DNA of 64,000 nucleotides from a virus: IMG/VR virus record IMGVR_UViG_3300045988_154953; one strand, 5' to 3'. This document shows positions 45,342 to 55,142 of this stretch, piece by piece. Position numbers and translations under genes: made by a program. Each line of letters starts with the position of its first letter. Positions within the stretch are counted from its first letter, which is position 1. The notes below the pieces were generated by a model. It worked only from the letters and a program-made list of their open reading frames with translations, was not told the origin of the DNA and made no database searches.

Positions 45342-46322
45342 TTATATAATTTCTGCGTAAATATTTTTCCAGTAATTAAATCTACCTTTTACAGACTGTG
45401 AGCTACGTGTACCGCCTTTAGAGTAGATTTCCTTGTATGCTGTATTATCCTTATATGTATCTGAAAATTCTTTAATTGCTGCTACAAGTTTATCAAAATT
45501 TTTTCCATCTCTCAAACACTGTACACCGATGTAAAGAATCATTGGAATAGAAGCATATAGGTAAGGTGTCTTATCCATCTTTTCATCCAATAAATCGAGA
45601 ACATCTACTATAGCAGTTGCGTCAGATTCATCAATATTACCTGCATACCAAACTACAAACTTGTCAAGTGTCGGTTTAGAGAAGCTTAACGTTTCTTTAT
45701 CATCTGTTATACTAAGTAACATAAGCGTTTCTCGTATAAGATCTCTGTTGTTATCGCCCAATAGTTGTTTTGGACTCAAAATCTTCTTGAAGAATGGATG
45801 TTCAGCAAGTGGAAATACAATATCACTAACTACTTTAGGTTCAATAGCTGTACGTTTCTGAGTAGCGGTGAGTGCTTTACCGTTGTTTTGTCTTCGGTAC
45901 ATCTCTCTGATTTCTTCGTCAGTTGCATTTGTGAATATGTAAAGTGTGATTTCAAAATTTAATATTTTGTCTTGGAGTACAGGATCCAATTCAGAAAATT
46001 TCTTACCAGCTGTATCATACGGAACATTATCTATAAGAACTGGTAGATTGTTATTGGATAATGCAAATCCATCCTCTATATATTCTGCAAAAGACGTACT
46101 ACGTTGTATACCATCAAATATACACCTAATATCATCTAATACAGCAGCTCTTATTGGATCGATTAAGAAATCACGAAAGATAGAATCTATCAAAAGACAT
46201 TTCTGAGGTTTTGTCCATTGATCTTCTTTTCTCTGCAAATAATGATGTAGATTATATTTCTTTTCATCTCGAATATCTTTAGTAAAATTTGCTAATAGTC
46301 GTTTTTCACTTTTACACTCCAT
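45342..46322 (-). CDS. DUF262 (ParB/GmrSD N-terminal-like) domain protein
   Basis: YLQRKEDQWTKPQKCLLIDSIFRDFLI and DGIQRST match the DUF262 QR..W..LIDS and DGQQR pattern. Strong SD ggaggtg. Confidence 0.65.
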   Translation of the reverse strand: MECKSEKRLLANFTKDIRDEKKYNLHHYLQRKEDQWTKPQKCLLIDSIFRDFLIDPIRAAVLDDIRCIFDGIQRSTSFAEYIEDGFALSNNNLPVLIDNVPYDTAGKKFSELDPVLQDKILNFEITLYIFTNATDEEIREMYRRQNNGKALTATQKRTAIEPKVVSDIVFPLAEHPFFKKILSPKQLLGDNNRDLIRETLMLLSITDDKETLSFSKPTLDKFVVWYAGNIDESDATAIVDVLDLLDEKMDKTPYLYASIPMILYIGVQCLRDGKNFDKLVAAIKEFSDTYKDNTAYKEIYSKGGTRSSQSVKGRFNYWKNIYAEII

Positions 46323-46359
46323 AGATACACCTCCAAAAATTTTAAAATTTTATAAAATA

Positions 46360-46388
46360 TAAATATCATAAAATTTTTTAAAAGTCAA
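46360..46388 (-). promoter_or_regulatory. candidate promoter of the DUF262 gene
   Basis: On the - strand: TTGACT, a 17-nt spacer ending in TGA, then TATTTA, about 38 nt upstream of the ATG. Confidence 0.4.
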
Positions 46389-46414
46389 TGATCGATTTTA
46401 CATTTTTTGAGAGT

Positions 46415-46454
46415 AAAAAAATAGGGGAAATAACTGGTTATAGTCATTTCCCCT
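46415..46454 (-). terminator. rho-independent terminator after the second recombinase gene
   Basis: aggggaaat / atttcccct stem, followed on the - strand by attttttt. Confidence 0.6.
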
Positions 46455-46545
46455 ATATGTAATATTCGGTTTTATAAGTATGAGAACACTAAGCTGAATT
46501 AAATAAGTACCTCGTCAAATTTATTGTTTTAAGGAATAATGTACG

Positions 46546-47553
46546 TTAAATGCCAAACATTGAATTTATTGTATCTTCCGAATGATCTTTTAAATATCCT
46601 TGTGTAGTACTTGGATCTGAATGATGTGCAAATATCTGTATCTGCTCTAATGGATATTTTTTAGGATTTCCATTTTCGTCAAGCAATCTTAAATCAGTTC
46701 CTTGCGAAAGACATTCCAATCTACTATGTCGCATTGTATGAGTAAATATATTGCATGGTTCACCACGTACTTCTGATAAAATTTTAGATATACTTACGAT
46801 TCTATCATATAATACATTCGAATTTGAAATAGGCTCTTTGTGATCTCCTGAACCTTTAATCCACAATGAATCAATATCATCATCACCACGCCATTCAAGA
46901 TATTTCTTAATTAATTCTCTTGTATCATCTAAATATACAAGAGGAAATTTTTTCCCACGTTTACCGATAACAATATTGGTTTTATTTCCGTCAAGTAACC
47001 CATGCTTTTGGATTTGAAATAATTCATTTTTTCGCCCAGCAGAATCAAAACCAATACTCCATAATACGGCTAGCTGCCATTTTTCTTCAGCAACAAGAAT
47101 ATCTCTAACCTTAACAAATTCATCATATGTAAAAAAGAAATCATCTTCATCATCTTTAACACGAGACTTTGGAATACCTTTTACCTTTTTCGCATAGTTA
47201 ATTTCATATTCATAATCATCATCATCTTCACAGAACGTAAGAAGACTATTGATTGCACTTTTGAGTCTATTTGTTCTGGCAGCAGACATTTCACATTCTT
47301 CTGTGAAATATAAACTAAGATTACGAAAATCCTTCTTTTTTAAATCGAGAATACAACGGTTATCTAACTCTCGAAGCACATAAATCAAGATGATTCTTAG
47401 ATCGTTACGATAGCCTGATATCGTTCCTTTGCTCTTTTTTCTCTGTTTATACTCTTGAAGGAAATCGTCCATTATTCTTTTATTCTCTTTGTTTACCTGT
47501 TCCCACAATTCTTCTGTATAAAAATTATGATAGATACGTCCTCTAGTAGCCAT
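46546..47553 (-). CDS. tyrosine recombinase (XerC/D or integrase family), second copy
   Basis: HTMRHSRLE and FAHHSDPSTTQGYL catalytic-type motifs, with an N-terminal SAM-like domain. Confidence 0.7.
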   Translation of the reverse strand: MATRGRIYHNFYTEELWEQVNKENKRIMDDFLQEYKQRKKSKGTISGYRNDLRIILIYVLRELDNRCILDLKKKDFRNLSLYFTEECEMSAARTNRLKSAINSLLTFCEDDDDYEYEINYAKKVKGIPKSRVKDDEDDFFFTYDEFVKVRDILVAEEKWQLAVLWSIGFDSAGRKNELFQIQKHGLLDGNKTNIVIGKRGKKFPLVYLDDTRELIKKYLEWRGDDDIDSLWIKGSGDHKEPISNSNVLYDRIVSISKILSEVRGEPCNIFTHTMRHSRLECLSQGTDLRLLDENGNPKKYPLEQIQIFAHHSDPSTTQGYLKDHSEDTINSMFGI

Positions 47554-47574
47554 TAAATCACTGTCCTTTCAATC

Positions 47575-47614
47575 AAAATAAAAAAAAGAATAGGAGAGTA
47601 ATTCATCCTATTCT
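47575..47614 (-). terminator. rho-independent terminator
   Basis: agaatagga / tcctattct stem, followed on the - strand by a T8 run. Confidence 0.6.
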
Positions 47615-47687
47615 AAAAATCCTACTGCCAGCTATTACACCGACAGTAGATAAAATTTAATTCCATTAAAATTACACTATTTTTACA

Positions 47688-48156
47688 CTATTTTCTCTTC
47701 GGTAGCCAGAATAATATCTTTCTATTCAGTAAATGATAATGAGGTCTTTCATTATCAGTTCTCAACACGTAATAAACCAAACAATCCTGTAATACAATAC
47801 AAACAATTGATAAAATTGCCCATGCTACACAGAAAAAGACATTACATTGTCCAAAGAAGAATGTACCCCAAAGATTAGAATAATCCCATATATCTAATCC
47901 CAGGAATACATTCAAAATAATACCTGCAACTCCCTCAAACACTGTTGCAAAATATGTTCCAACAAGTATCTGTAAATCTAATGGCATTTCATACGAGAAA
48001 GTATCATTTAACCCACCTATTAAGACCGCGATGATCCCTGTCAAAACAACCATCGCCCAATGACTATATCCTCTATATAAGATTTCAACACCATAATACA
48101 TTAATCCAAATACAACGAACGTAGAAATGCTTACTAATAATTTTTTTATAATTCAT
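47688..48156 (-). CDS. multi-pass membrane protein, apparent frameshift at a homopolymer
   Basis: The track ORF is 47688..48101. The upstream ATG 48156 encodes MNYKK, then is out of frame. Removing one T from the T7 run 48141-48147 gives MNYKKLLVSISTFVVFGLMYYGVEIL.., a continuous first TM helix. Confidence 0.5.
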
Positions 48157-48166
48157 AAAACAAATC

Positions 48167-48475
48167 TTAAGACTCCTTAGAGCCTCCAAATTGGCCTATA
48201 GCTTGTTTAACCTTGTCAAATCCGACCATACTAACAAGACCGCTAGAAAGCCCCATCAGAACCATATAAATAATATTATTAGTTGTGAATGGTATGGTAT
48301 TTAACTGATAATATAAGCCGCAACCAACACCACCAACAATCAAAGCTACGATTAGTGCTAATACGTTATATGAAAAGTTTGTTTTCTCTACAATAAGTTT
48401 CTTAATTGCTTCTGTAACTAATCCACTAATAACTGAAAAAGCTGTTAATAAAAATAAAAAATCTGTTGTTGTCAT
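48167..48475 (-). CDS. holin-like small membrane protein
   Basis: 102 aa with three hydrophobic segments. The GLVTEAIKK motif resembles LC3-type holins. Confidence 0.5.
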   Translation of the reverse strand: MTTTDFLFLLTAFSVISGLVTEAIKKLIVEKTNFSYNVLALIVALIVGGVGCGLYYQLNTIPFTTNNIIYMVLMGLSSGLVSMVGFDKVKQAIGQFGGSKES

Positions 48476-48477
48476 AT

Positions 48478-48828
48478 CTAATTGTCCTCACTTTCATTAT
48501 TTTCTGTTATATCAATATCATCACTCTGTGTTTCATCACAGCTATCATTTTGTCCAGATTCAATCTGGAATTTTTCACGGTCAAATTCTAATTGTTTTTC
48601 TGCTTTAGTTTCAAGAAAACTTTTTGCACAATAAACAGCAAACTCAAGTACAAGAGTTAAACAAGAGCCAATAGCAGTGGTAATTAATACGTCTAAGGCT
48701 TCGAGATTGTCCAATACAAACATTGCGTACATTGCATAGAATTCAATCATTAAGCTATTGACTAAAATAAATACCATAAGAATAGCAGCAATAATTTTAG
48801 TCGTTTGTATTTTCTTTTTATTGTTCAT
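48478..48828 (-). CDS. membrane protein with an acidic C-terminus
   Basis: 116-aa ORF with TM helices, abutting its neighbours. Confidence 0.5.
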   Translation of the reverse strand: MNNKKKIQTTKIIAAILMVFILVNSLMIEFYAMYAMFVLDNLEALDVLITTAIGSCLTLVLEFAVYCAKSFLETKAEKQLEFDREKFQIESGQNDSCDETQSDDIDITENNESEDN

Positions 48829-48829
48829 T

Positions 48830-49408
48830 TTAATCGGCTCCTAAAATTTCTTGATTGTATTTTGCACGAATAAATTTAATAGATTCTTCTACAAATCCAT
48901 TTGTACGGTTTAATTCTTTGATAATTTTTTCATAATCATCATAATCGCGAAACACATTTTCATATCGTTCCCTGTCAACATAACAACTATTGTGTCTGAT
49001 TTCATCAGCAAGATTTAAAATATTCCATCTTTTACGTTCCATTTTTTCTTCTAAAATATCTACTTTTATTTCTGATAATACGTTCGACATAGCCGAAAGA
49101 TTATCCATTAAATTTTTCTGTATTTCGAAGCTTTGTTCACGATCATGCACACGATTATCAACAAATTGTTTATCATTTTTTCTAAGTTCTTTTATTTCTT
49201 GTTTTAAATCATCAATCTTTTGTTTAAAATCTTTGATATCTTCATCGCGTTTTTTTTCTTTTAGTGTCTGTTTTGTTTCTATTCCGAAGAAATCATGAAT
49301 ATAACGCAGAGATTGTAATAATCCAATTATAAGAACAATAAGAAAAAGGAATATTACAACAACATTTCCCCATCCAATATTTGTTAAATTTTGAAATGCT
49401 TCTATCAT
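48830..49408 (-). CDS. membrane-anchored coiled-coil protein
   Basis: N-terminal TM helix VVIFLFLIVLIIGLL followed by a charged coiled coil. Confidence 0.5.
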   Translation of the reverse strand: MIEAFQNLTNIGWGNVVVIFLFLIVLIIGLLQSLRYIHDFFGIETKQTLKEKKRDEDIKDFKQKIDDLKQEIKELRKNDKQFVDNRVHDREQSFEIQKNLMDNLSAMSNVLSEIKVDILEEKMERKRWNILNLADEIRHNSCYVDRERYENVFRDYDDYEKIIKELNRTNGFVEESIKFIRAKYNQEILGAD

Positions 49409-49440
49409 GTCATAATTCCCGTTCCTTTCTTAATTAGAAT

Positions 49441-49911
49441 TTACGCAAGTTTAACAACACTATAGCCAACATAAGCATTAAGCTTTGTTCCGCTAGTTTG
49501 TTTAACGTTAACATAATATGTTGTTGTCGATGTCGGTGTAAGAATTATAGGAAAAGAATTCTTTACTGTGTCTCCATTTACAGGTGGGAATGTTACTGTA
49601 TTAAATCTATTCTCATTATGATTTCTTCCAGAAGCATCGCTTATTCCTACGTATCTTATACCAGATGAGTTATTAGAAAAACCACCAGTTACAATAACTA
49701 AATAAATACCTGCCTCCAACGAAAAATCCATAAGTTTAGTCCATGTATTATTTGAGGTCTCAACTGTATCTGAAGGACTTTGATTTTTTATTAATTTTAA
49801 TTTAGTATTATATTTATCTTTGAGATTTGTCCCGTTTTCTTGTATAGTAGTAGCAGATAACACATCAGCAGTTAATGTGCCATCTACAGTTGTATCTTTT
49901 AATTGAGCCAT
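49441..49911 (-). CDS. hypothetical fibre-associated or structural protein
   Basis: 156-aa ORF with the strong SD aaggaggaag. It has a fibre-like N-terminus (DTTVDGTLTADVL). Confidence 0.5.
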   Translation of the reverse strand: MAQLKDTTVDGTLTADVLSATTIQENGTNLKDKYNTKLKLIKNQSPSDTVETSNNTWTKLMDFSLEAGIYLVIVTGGFSNNSSGIRYVGISDASGRNHNENRFNTVTFPPVNGDTVKNSFPIILTPTSTTTYYVNVKQTSGTKLNAYVGYSVVKLA

Positions 49912-49926
49912 AACTTCCTCCTTTTC

Positions 49927-49958
49927 AAATAAAAAGAGTTGTATTAGTCTACAACTCT
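49927..49958 (-). terminator. rho-independent terminator
   Basis: agagttgta / tacaactct stem, followed on the - strand by ttttattt. Confidence 0.55.
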
Positions 49959-50091
49959 ATGTCGAATATTGCGATATATGATTATTTACCATCATTGATT
50001 CTCATGGTATGCTATACATGATTTAACATTTTACCTCTCGCAACACGCCCCACGAAAGCAACGTGTGTATAATTTTTGTGGGGCGTTTCGA

Positions 50092-50700
50092 CTATCGTAA
50101 ACATATATTAAAATAACCAGTAAACTTATCTATATATTTTTGCCATCCCATAAAATTATAACGTTTATGAAAATCTGGTTTTAAAATAGTAGATTCTTCA
50201 ATAGTTTCCGGTTCTGTTTCGATTACCGTTTCTGATTCAGTTTCCTGTACATCAGATTCTGTTTCTTTCGCCAAATCAATCGGATGTTCTTCTAACCATT
50301 TCTTAGCAGCATTTTCACATGCTTTGTCAATATCTTTACTAGGTTTATATTTAATTTCTGATGGAGGGGTTAAATCACCCCAAATATTTGAATAATCATA
50401 CTGCGGTGTACAACCGAATACTGGAGCTGTCGATGCAATCTGAGCTTCTGTTTCAGTTTCGGTTTCGATAGTTGTTTCAGTTTCTTTTGTTTCTTCAAGT
50501 TCTGTTTCTATTTCAGTTTCAGATGATGGACTTGAAATCTTAATATTCTTAGCAGTGTTTTTGCCTGCTTCATATGCCGCATCATACGCACTTTGAAGAT
50601 CTGGCATCTTCAAATCAAGTCGTGGGGTACAAGCTAACGCTGGCATCGCAATTGTAACCATAATAGCAGCAGTTAAAAAAATTCCTATTAATTTTCTCAT
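50092..50700 (-). CDS. secreted protein or lipoprotein with acidic ETE repeats
   Basis: Signal peptide MRKLIGIFLTAAIMVTIAMPALAC (lipobox-like LAC) and ETETE-rich linkers. Confidence 0.55.
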   Translation of the reverse strand: MRKLIGIFLTAAIMVTIAMPALACTPRLDLKMPDLQSAYDAAYEAGKNTAKNIKISSPSSETEIETELEETKETETTIETETETEAQIASTAPVFGCTPQYDYSNIWGDLTPPSEIKYKPSKDIDKACENAAKKWLEEHPIDLAKETESDVQETESETVIETEPETIEESTILKPDFHKRYNFMGWQKYIDKFTGYFNICLR

Positions 50701-50713
50701 AATTCATTCTCCT

Positions 50714-52021
50714 TTATTTCTCTATTAATTCTGTAAATTTAAAATTATTTTTACTAATACTCATTACGCTTCCTTCGATAAATTCCGGTGCAACTATTGT
50801 TCCAGTTGAATAAAAAGCAATTGTATCACCTTCTATAAAATCCATTGCTTTGCATTTTCCAGAAGAATAAATCAATATATCAGTATTAGCGTATATGGCA
50901 TATAAGGTTATGGTTCCTCCATTTTGAATTACATCAAATGAAGACAATGGATAATATGATTTTCCAGTACCATCAGATTTTGTATTCCATCTTTTAAAAA
51001 TATAATTGGTTTTAGTTGGTTTTGTTTCAGGAATTTGGATAGGAATATCACCAGATTTAGTTACACTTGATGGAGCACCAGTGCCTCCATTTGCATCAAA
51101 TGTTAAAGTATAAGTCCAAGGTGTCCATACGGCATACAGAATTAATCCTGCGTCTTTAGAATATGTTGCACCAGGATTATAAGCAACTGTTGTCGAAGTA
51201 GAAGAGGTTGCCCATCCTTTAAATGTATATCCTGCTCTTGTTGGTTTGGTGTTTGACAAAGTAATAGAAGTTCCTTCTTTTTTGAATTGAGCAGCAGGAG
51301 CACCAGTACCTCCGTTTGCATTATAAGAAATTCTATAAAGAACTACAGTTGTGGTTTTCCTCCATACAGCATATAATGTAACAGACTTATTTGCTTTATA
51401 TATTCCACCGGCTTCATAATTAACAGTCGAACTATCACTAGATTCACTCCAACCGTCAAATGTATAGGTATTACCGTTATCATCCTTTGATCTAGTTGGT
51501 TTAGTAGTACTCAAAGTAAGATCTACGCCATATTTTTTTGTTTGAGCAGCAGGAGCACCAGTGCCTCCATTTGCATTATAAGAAACAGTATAAGTAGCAG
51601 TAGAAAGCGCGAGAGTAGATGAAGTTAATGTACCTTGCGGATTATAAGATACAGATGTTTCTTTGAATTGCCACGAGAATTTTATACTTCTTGCACCATC
51701 TGAACCGTGTACAATGTTAACAGTTTTGGTAAATAATTTATAATATGAATTTGTAGATCGTGTATCATATTTAGTTTTGAACGAAGCGGAATATTGTGTT
51801 TTATTATCTTCATCTATAATTTTTAATGTGTTGGAAGCACCATTTTCTAGGTTATATGCACCATAAGAACTATTGATACTTCTTATGTATCCAATCATTT
51901 TTACATCTGTTGAATTATTGTCTTTTTTTGTTGTACTAACTTCTAATTTTAATTCATAAGTATTAGATATTGTTGAACTACTCGAAACAGCATTAATTTT
52001 AGTTGTATAAGTTGTTGCCAA
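50714..52021 (-). CDS. receptor-binding-type protein with three Listeria-Bacteroides (Flg_new-like) repeats
   Basis: Three copies of the Y..NANGGTGAP....K.....L...KPTR.GYTF.GW......Y.....Y......LYAVW pattern. Confidence 0.6.
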   Translation of the reverse strand: MATTYTTKINAVSSSSTISNTYELKLEVSTTKKDNNSTDVKMIGYIRSINSSYGAYNLENGASNTLKIIDEDNKTQYSASFKTKYDTRSTNSYYKLFTKTVNIVHGSDGARSIKFSWQFKETSVSYNPQGTLTSSTLALSTATYTVSYNANGGTGAPAAQTKKYGVDLTLSTTKPTRSKDDNGNTYTFDGWSESSDSSTVNYEAGGIYKANKSVTLYAVWRKTTTVVLYRISYNANGGTGAPAAQFKKEGTSITLSNTKPTRAGYTFKGWATSSTSTTVAYNPGATYSKDAGLILYAVWTPWTYTLTFDANGGTGAPSSVTKSGDIPIQIPETKPTKTNYIFKRWNTKSDGTGKSYYPLSSFDVIQNGGTITLYAIYANTDILIYSSGKCKAMDFIEGDTIAFYSTGTIVAPEFIEGSVMSISKNNFKFTELIEK

Positions 52022-52034
52022 ATTTTTTCACCTC

Positions 52035-52379
52035 CTATACAAAAGAAATTATAAGAGTATTTTCAGAGGAATTATAAGTTAAAACAGCATTTCCTACTTT
52101 AAATGACGTTGCGGTTAAACGTCCAGCAATTCTATCTAAATAAACACCTGTGTCAAAAATCTGTGTTCCTGTATTAGTAGAAGAGGAAGTTGTACCTGTA
52201 ACGTATGCTTTAGTAGTTGTGTTGAGTGTATTTGTTACCTTAGTATCGGCATCTGATTGTTCAGGTGTCATATAAATTTCATTTTCGTTGATTTCACCAT
52301 TTGATAAAGCCGTTTTATAAGCCGATTCAGATAGATAATTTATTTTTAAAGTTGATATATCTGTTTCTGTTTTTGCCAT
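52035..52379 (-). CDS. short tail-fibre module protein
   Basis: It shares the block KVTNTLNTTTKAYVTGTT..NTGTQIFDTGVYLD with the 884-aa fibre. The DNA is 56/58 identical between 52190-52247 and 59515-59572. Confidence 0.55.
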   Translation of the reverse strand: MAKTETDISTLKINYLSESAYKTALSNGEINENEIYMTPEQSDADTKVTNTLNTTTKAYVTGTTSSSTNTGTQIFDTGVYLDRIAGRLTATSFKVGNAVLTYNSSENTLIISFV

Positions 52380-52403
52380 TTATTAATACTCCTTTTATTC
52401 GTT

Positions 52404-53549
52404 TTATGTACCAAATGCATACCATGTATAACCAGAAGAAACAGTAGTACTTCCTTTAAATAATGCATTTTTTAACTCAGTTGCAGTATATGTTACTGTC
52501 CCTCCATTTGTACTAAATGTTCCAGCACTTGAAGAAGGATTTGAAAGATAACTAGATGTACTAATACCAGATCCTCTAGCTTTTTCACCGTCCCATATTA
52601 AAACATTCGTACCATTAGACCCTGTATTAAAAGAATCTTTTATAATGATTACTTTTTCTACACTTGTAAGACCAGTATCAAAACTTACTGGATTAGTTGT
52701 CCCAGTTCCTGTTATTTGTCCTGTAGTATATCTTGTAGATTGTACAATACCTGTACCAGTTACTTTAATGCCTGCGGCAGAAGTAAATGTTTTGCCAGCA
52801 GCTACATCAGCAGTTGTTGCATCACCAAGATTGGTCAGAGGTGTTTTTAATGTTTGCCAACTTCCGATGCGACAAAGAACATCTTCCGTTCGTTTAAAGT
52901 TAAATTTAATAACATCAGCACCATCATTTGTTATTGTTGCATTTGATAAAATGTCACTATAATTACTTTTGACTTCTTTTACTGTACCAGTTATTTTTTT
53001 GCCATTTACATAGCTTGTTTTACCTTCAGCTATATCGCTAGATGTTGCTGTTGCATCAGAAGTATCAACACCTGACCCAGATCCACTTCCGACATATGTA
53101 CCAGTTACACCAAATATAGAAGTTCCATTTTTAATATTTTCGGCTATTAAATTTGAGTCACCTTTGATTGTTTGAGTTCCGGTAAGATATGTTCCAGATG
53201 CGATAGTTTGAGAAAATGTAGAAGGAGTAATAGTTGTGGTAGATTTTGTTGTAAGTTGTTTTGTACTATTTTTCGTACCAGATGTAACGTAGCCAGCTGA
53301 TTGAGTGGAAGATGCTGTGATTAATCCAGAATTAGAAATAGAAATGGATGGAGTTGCTTGAGTAACAGTGTTAATTGCGTTAACAGTAACACTAGACAAG
53401 CCGTCATAATTATTATCTGCTTTTATGGTTTGTATACTTGTTGATGGAGTAACAGTTTTATCTTGTAATGATATATCACTTAGTAATACTTTTGTGCCAC
53501 CTTTCGTACAAACTTTATTTTCACCTAAGTAAACTGCCATTAATTCCAC
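52404..53549 (-). CDS. tail fibre or structural protein
   Basis: Ser/Thr/Gly-rich with repeated VTP..IQTI..G..VTV style segments. It overlaps the upstream stop. Confidence 0.55.
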   Translation of the reverse strand: MELMAVYLGENKVCTKGGTKVLLSDISLQDKTVTPSTSIQTIKADNNYDGLSSVTVNAINTVTQATPSISISNSGLITASSTQSAGYVTSGTKNSTKQLTTKSTTTITPSTFSQTIASGTYLTGTQTIKGDSNLIAENIKNGTSIFGVTGTYVGSGSGSGVDTSDATATSSDIAEGKTSYVNGKKITGTVKEVKSNYSDILSNATITNDGADVIKFNFKRTEDVLCRIGSWQTLKTPLTNLGDATTADVAAGKTFTSAAGIKVTGTGIVQSTRYTTGQITGTGTTNPVSFDTGLTSVEKVIIIKDSFNTGSNGTNVLIWDGEKARGSGISTSSYLSNPSSSAGTFSTNGGTVTYTATELKNALFKGSTTVSSGYTWYAFGT

Positions 53550-55045
53550 CTCACAATCTTTACCCCTGTACTAGGCATTGTAATTTTACCTGTTGTATCA
53601 TTACCTTTTGTATACGTAATATCTTGTCCATTTACAGATAAATTTTTAATATATGTAGAAGAAATTGTTTGATTTTTATCATCTTTACTTGCTTTCCCGG
53701 CAAGAATATTACTAGTAGATATTGATCCTAATTCATAACCATTCCAAGATGCTAACCAAGAAGTTGATGTTTGAGCAGCTTTAGAATATGTAATAGAAAT
53801 GTCTTTATTGTTATTTGAATCCTTAACTTTTATAGCTCTATCAGAAAGACTTGCACTTTGAACGAAACCAGCATCAGATCCAGCAACGATATTCGTATAA
53901 TCTTGAGAGTGAATAGCAGTACCAGCAGCTGCAATTGTTGCATAACATTCTGTAGACGTTTTTGCGTCAGATGTCGTTGTATTATTTGCTTCTGATGAAT
54001 TAACTAGAACTATTTTATTTCTCCCTATATTCGCACGTTTTCCCTCTAAAGCTCTAACGCTAAAGCCTGCGTATGTACCGTCGGATTTATAGAAAATATC
54101 TGCATATGTTGCACCGTTAACGTTATATAAACCCACTTGTATAGAATCCGTAGCTAATCCTTTTCTGATCAACCATTCTGCATTTGCGGTAGATACATTA
54201 GATCCACTATTTGTTCTAATTGAAACTCTAATTAATCCAAAACCACCACCAACATAATCTTGTGTTACATAAAATAGAGCGGTATTATCTTCAAAATTAT
54301 TTGTAATTACATCTGTTTTAGCAATCCTATGATAAGGATAGTTGTTGGTATTGTTGACACTTGCTGTACAATTATAAATATAACTATTAACTGTAATGTC
54401 TTTACTTCCATCAAAAGAATAAGATCCCGTTAAATCGCCGCTATTTGAAATAGTTCTGGCTGTAGCTAATTTTGTTGTGGTTGCTGCTTTTCCGTTATAA
54501 TCTGAAGCTGTTAAACCTAAAACACTACTTATTTTATTTTTTATATAATCCCATAATGCTGTCATTGAACGTCTGTGATAAGTTGTAGTTGTAGTTCCAC
54601 CACCAGCATATTGAGATATATAATAATCGTTATCAGTTGGAGTAGCACTAGCTGTATCTAAACTATTGATAAAGTAATTAGCACTATCTTTAGCATTTGT
54701 ATGTCCTGTACCACCATTGAAAATTGGAAGAGTACCAGTTATACCAGGTGTGATATTAGCAGAACCATCAAATGAAGCAGTAGATGTAGAACTTAAATTT
54801 GTTTGTATTGTCCGTGCTGTAGCTAATGTGGTAGCAGTGGCTGAATTGCCAGTGCAGCTAGAAGCATTATTCGCATTGTTGTAATACAATTTACTCCATT
54901 TTGTTGATCCATCACCAATTTTAAAAGCTCGTTTGTCGCTGCTAATGGCAATTTCTCCAAGTAACAGTACTGGATCAACTGATTTCCAATTGGCTTCGGT
55001 ATCAGTTTTTTGTTTAATTTGTACATTTAAAACATTATTCGCCAT
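53540..55045 (-). CDS. tail fibre protein with a conserved fibre N-terminal domain
   Basis: The N-terminus KTDTEANWKSVDPVLLLGEIAISSDKRAFKIGDGSTKWSKLYY parallels that of the 59051 gene and known HylP/Mtd_N-type fibre N-termini. Confidence 0.6.
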   Translation of the reverse strand: MANNVLNVQIKQKTDTEANWKSVDPVLLLGEIAISSDKRAFKIGDGSTKWSKLYYNNANNASSCTGNSATATTLATARTIQTNLSSTSTASFDGSANITPGITGTLPIFNGGTGHTNAKDSANYFINSLDTASATPTDNDYYISQYAGGGTTTTTYHRRSMTALWDYIKNKISSVLGLTASDYNGKAATTTKLATARTISNSGDLTGSYSFDGSKDITVNSYIYNCTASVNNTNNYPYHRIAKTDVITNNFEDNTALFYVTQDYVGGGFGLIRVSIRTNSGSNVSTANAEWLIRKGLATDSIQVGLYNVNGATYADIFYKSDGTYAGFSVRALEGKRANIGRNKIVLVNSSEANNTTTSDAKTSTECYATIAAAGTAIHSQDYTNIVAGSDAGFVQSASLSDRAIKVKDSNNNKDISITYSKAAQTSTSWLASWNGYELGSISTSNILAGKASKDDKNQTISSTYIKNLSVNGQDITYTKGNDTTGKITMPSTGVKIVRWN

Positions 55046-55078
55046 TTACAAACCTCCTTTTATTGTTTTTACATAATT

Positions 55079-55103
55079 AAAAAAGAGAGCACTAGGCTCT
55101 CTT
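55079..55103 (-). terminator. rho-independent terminator
   Basis: aagagagc / gctctctt stem, followed on the - strand by T6. Confidence 0.55.
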
Positions 55104-55142
55104 ACATTGCGTATTTCATATGCGATGTTTTTACATCATTCT

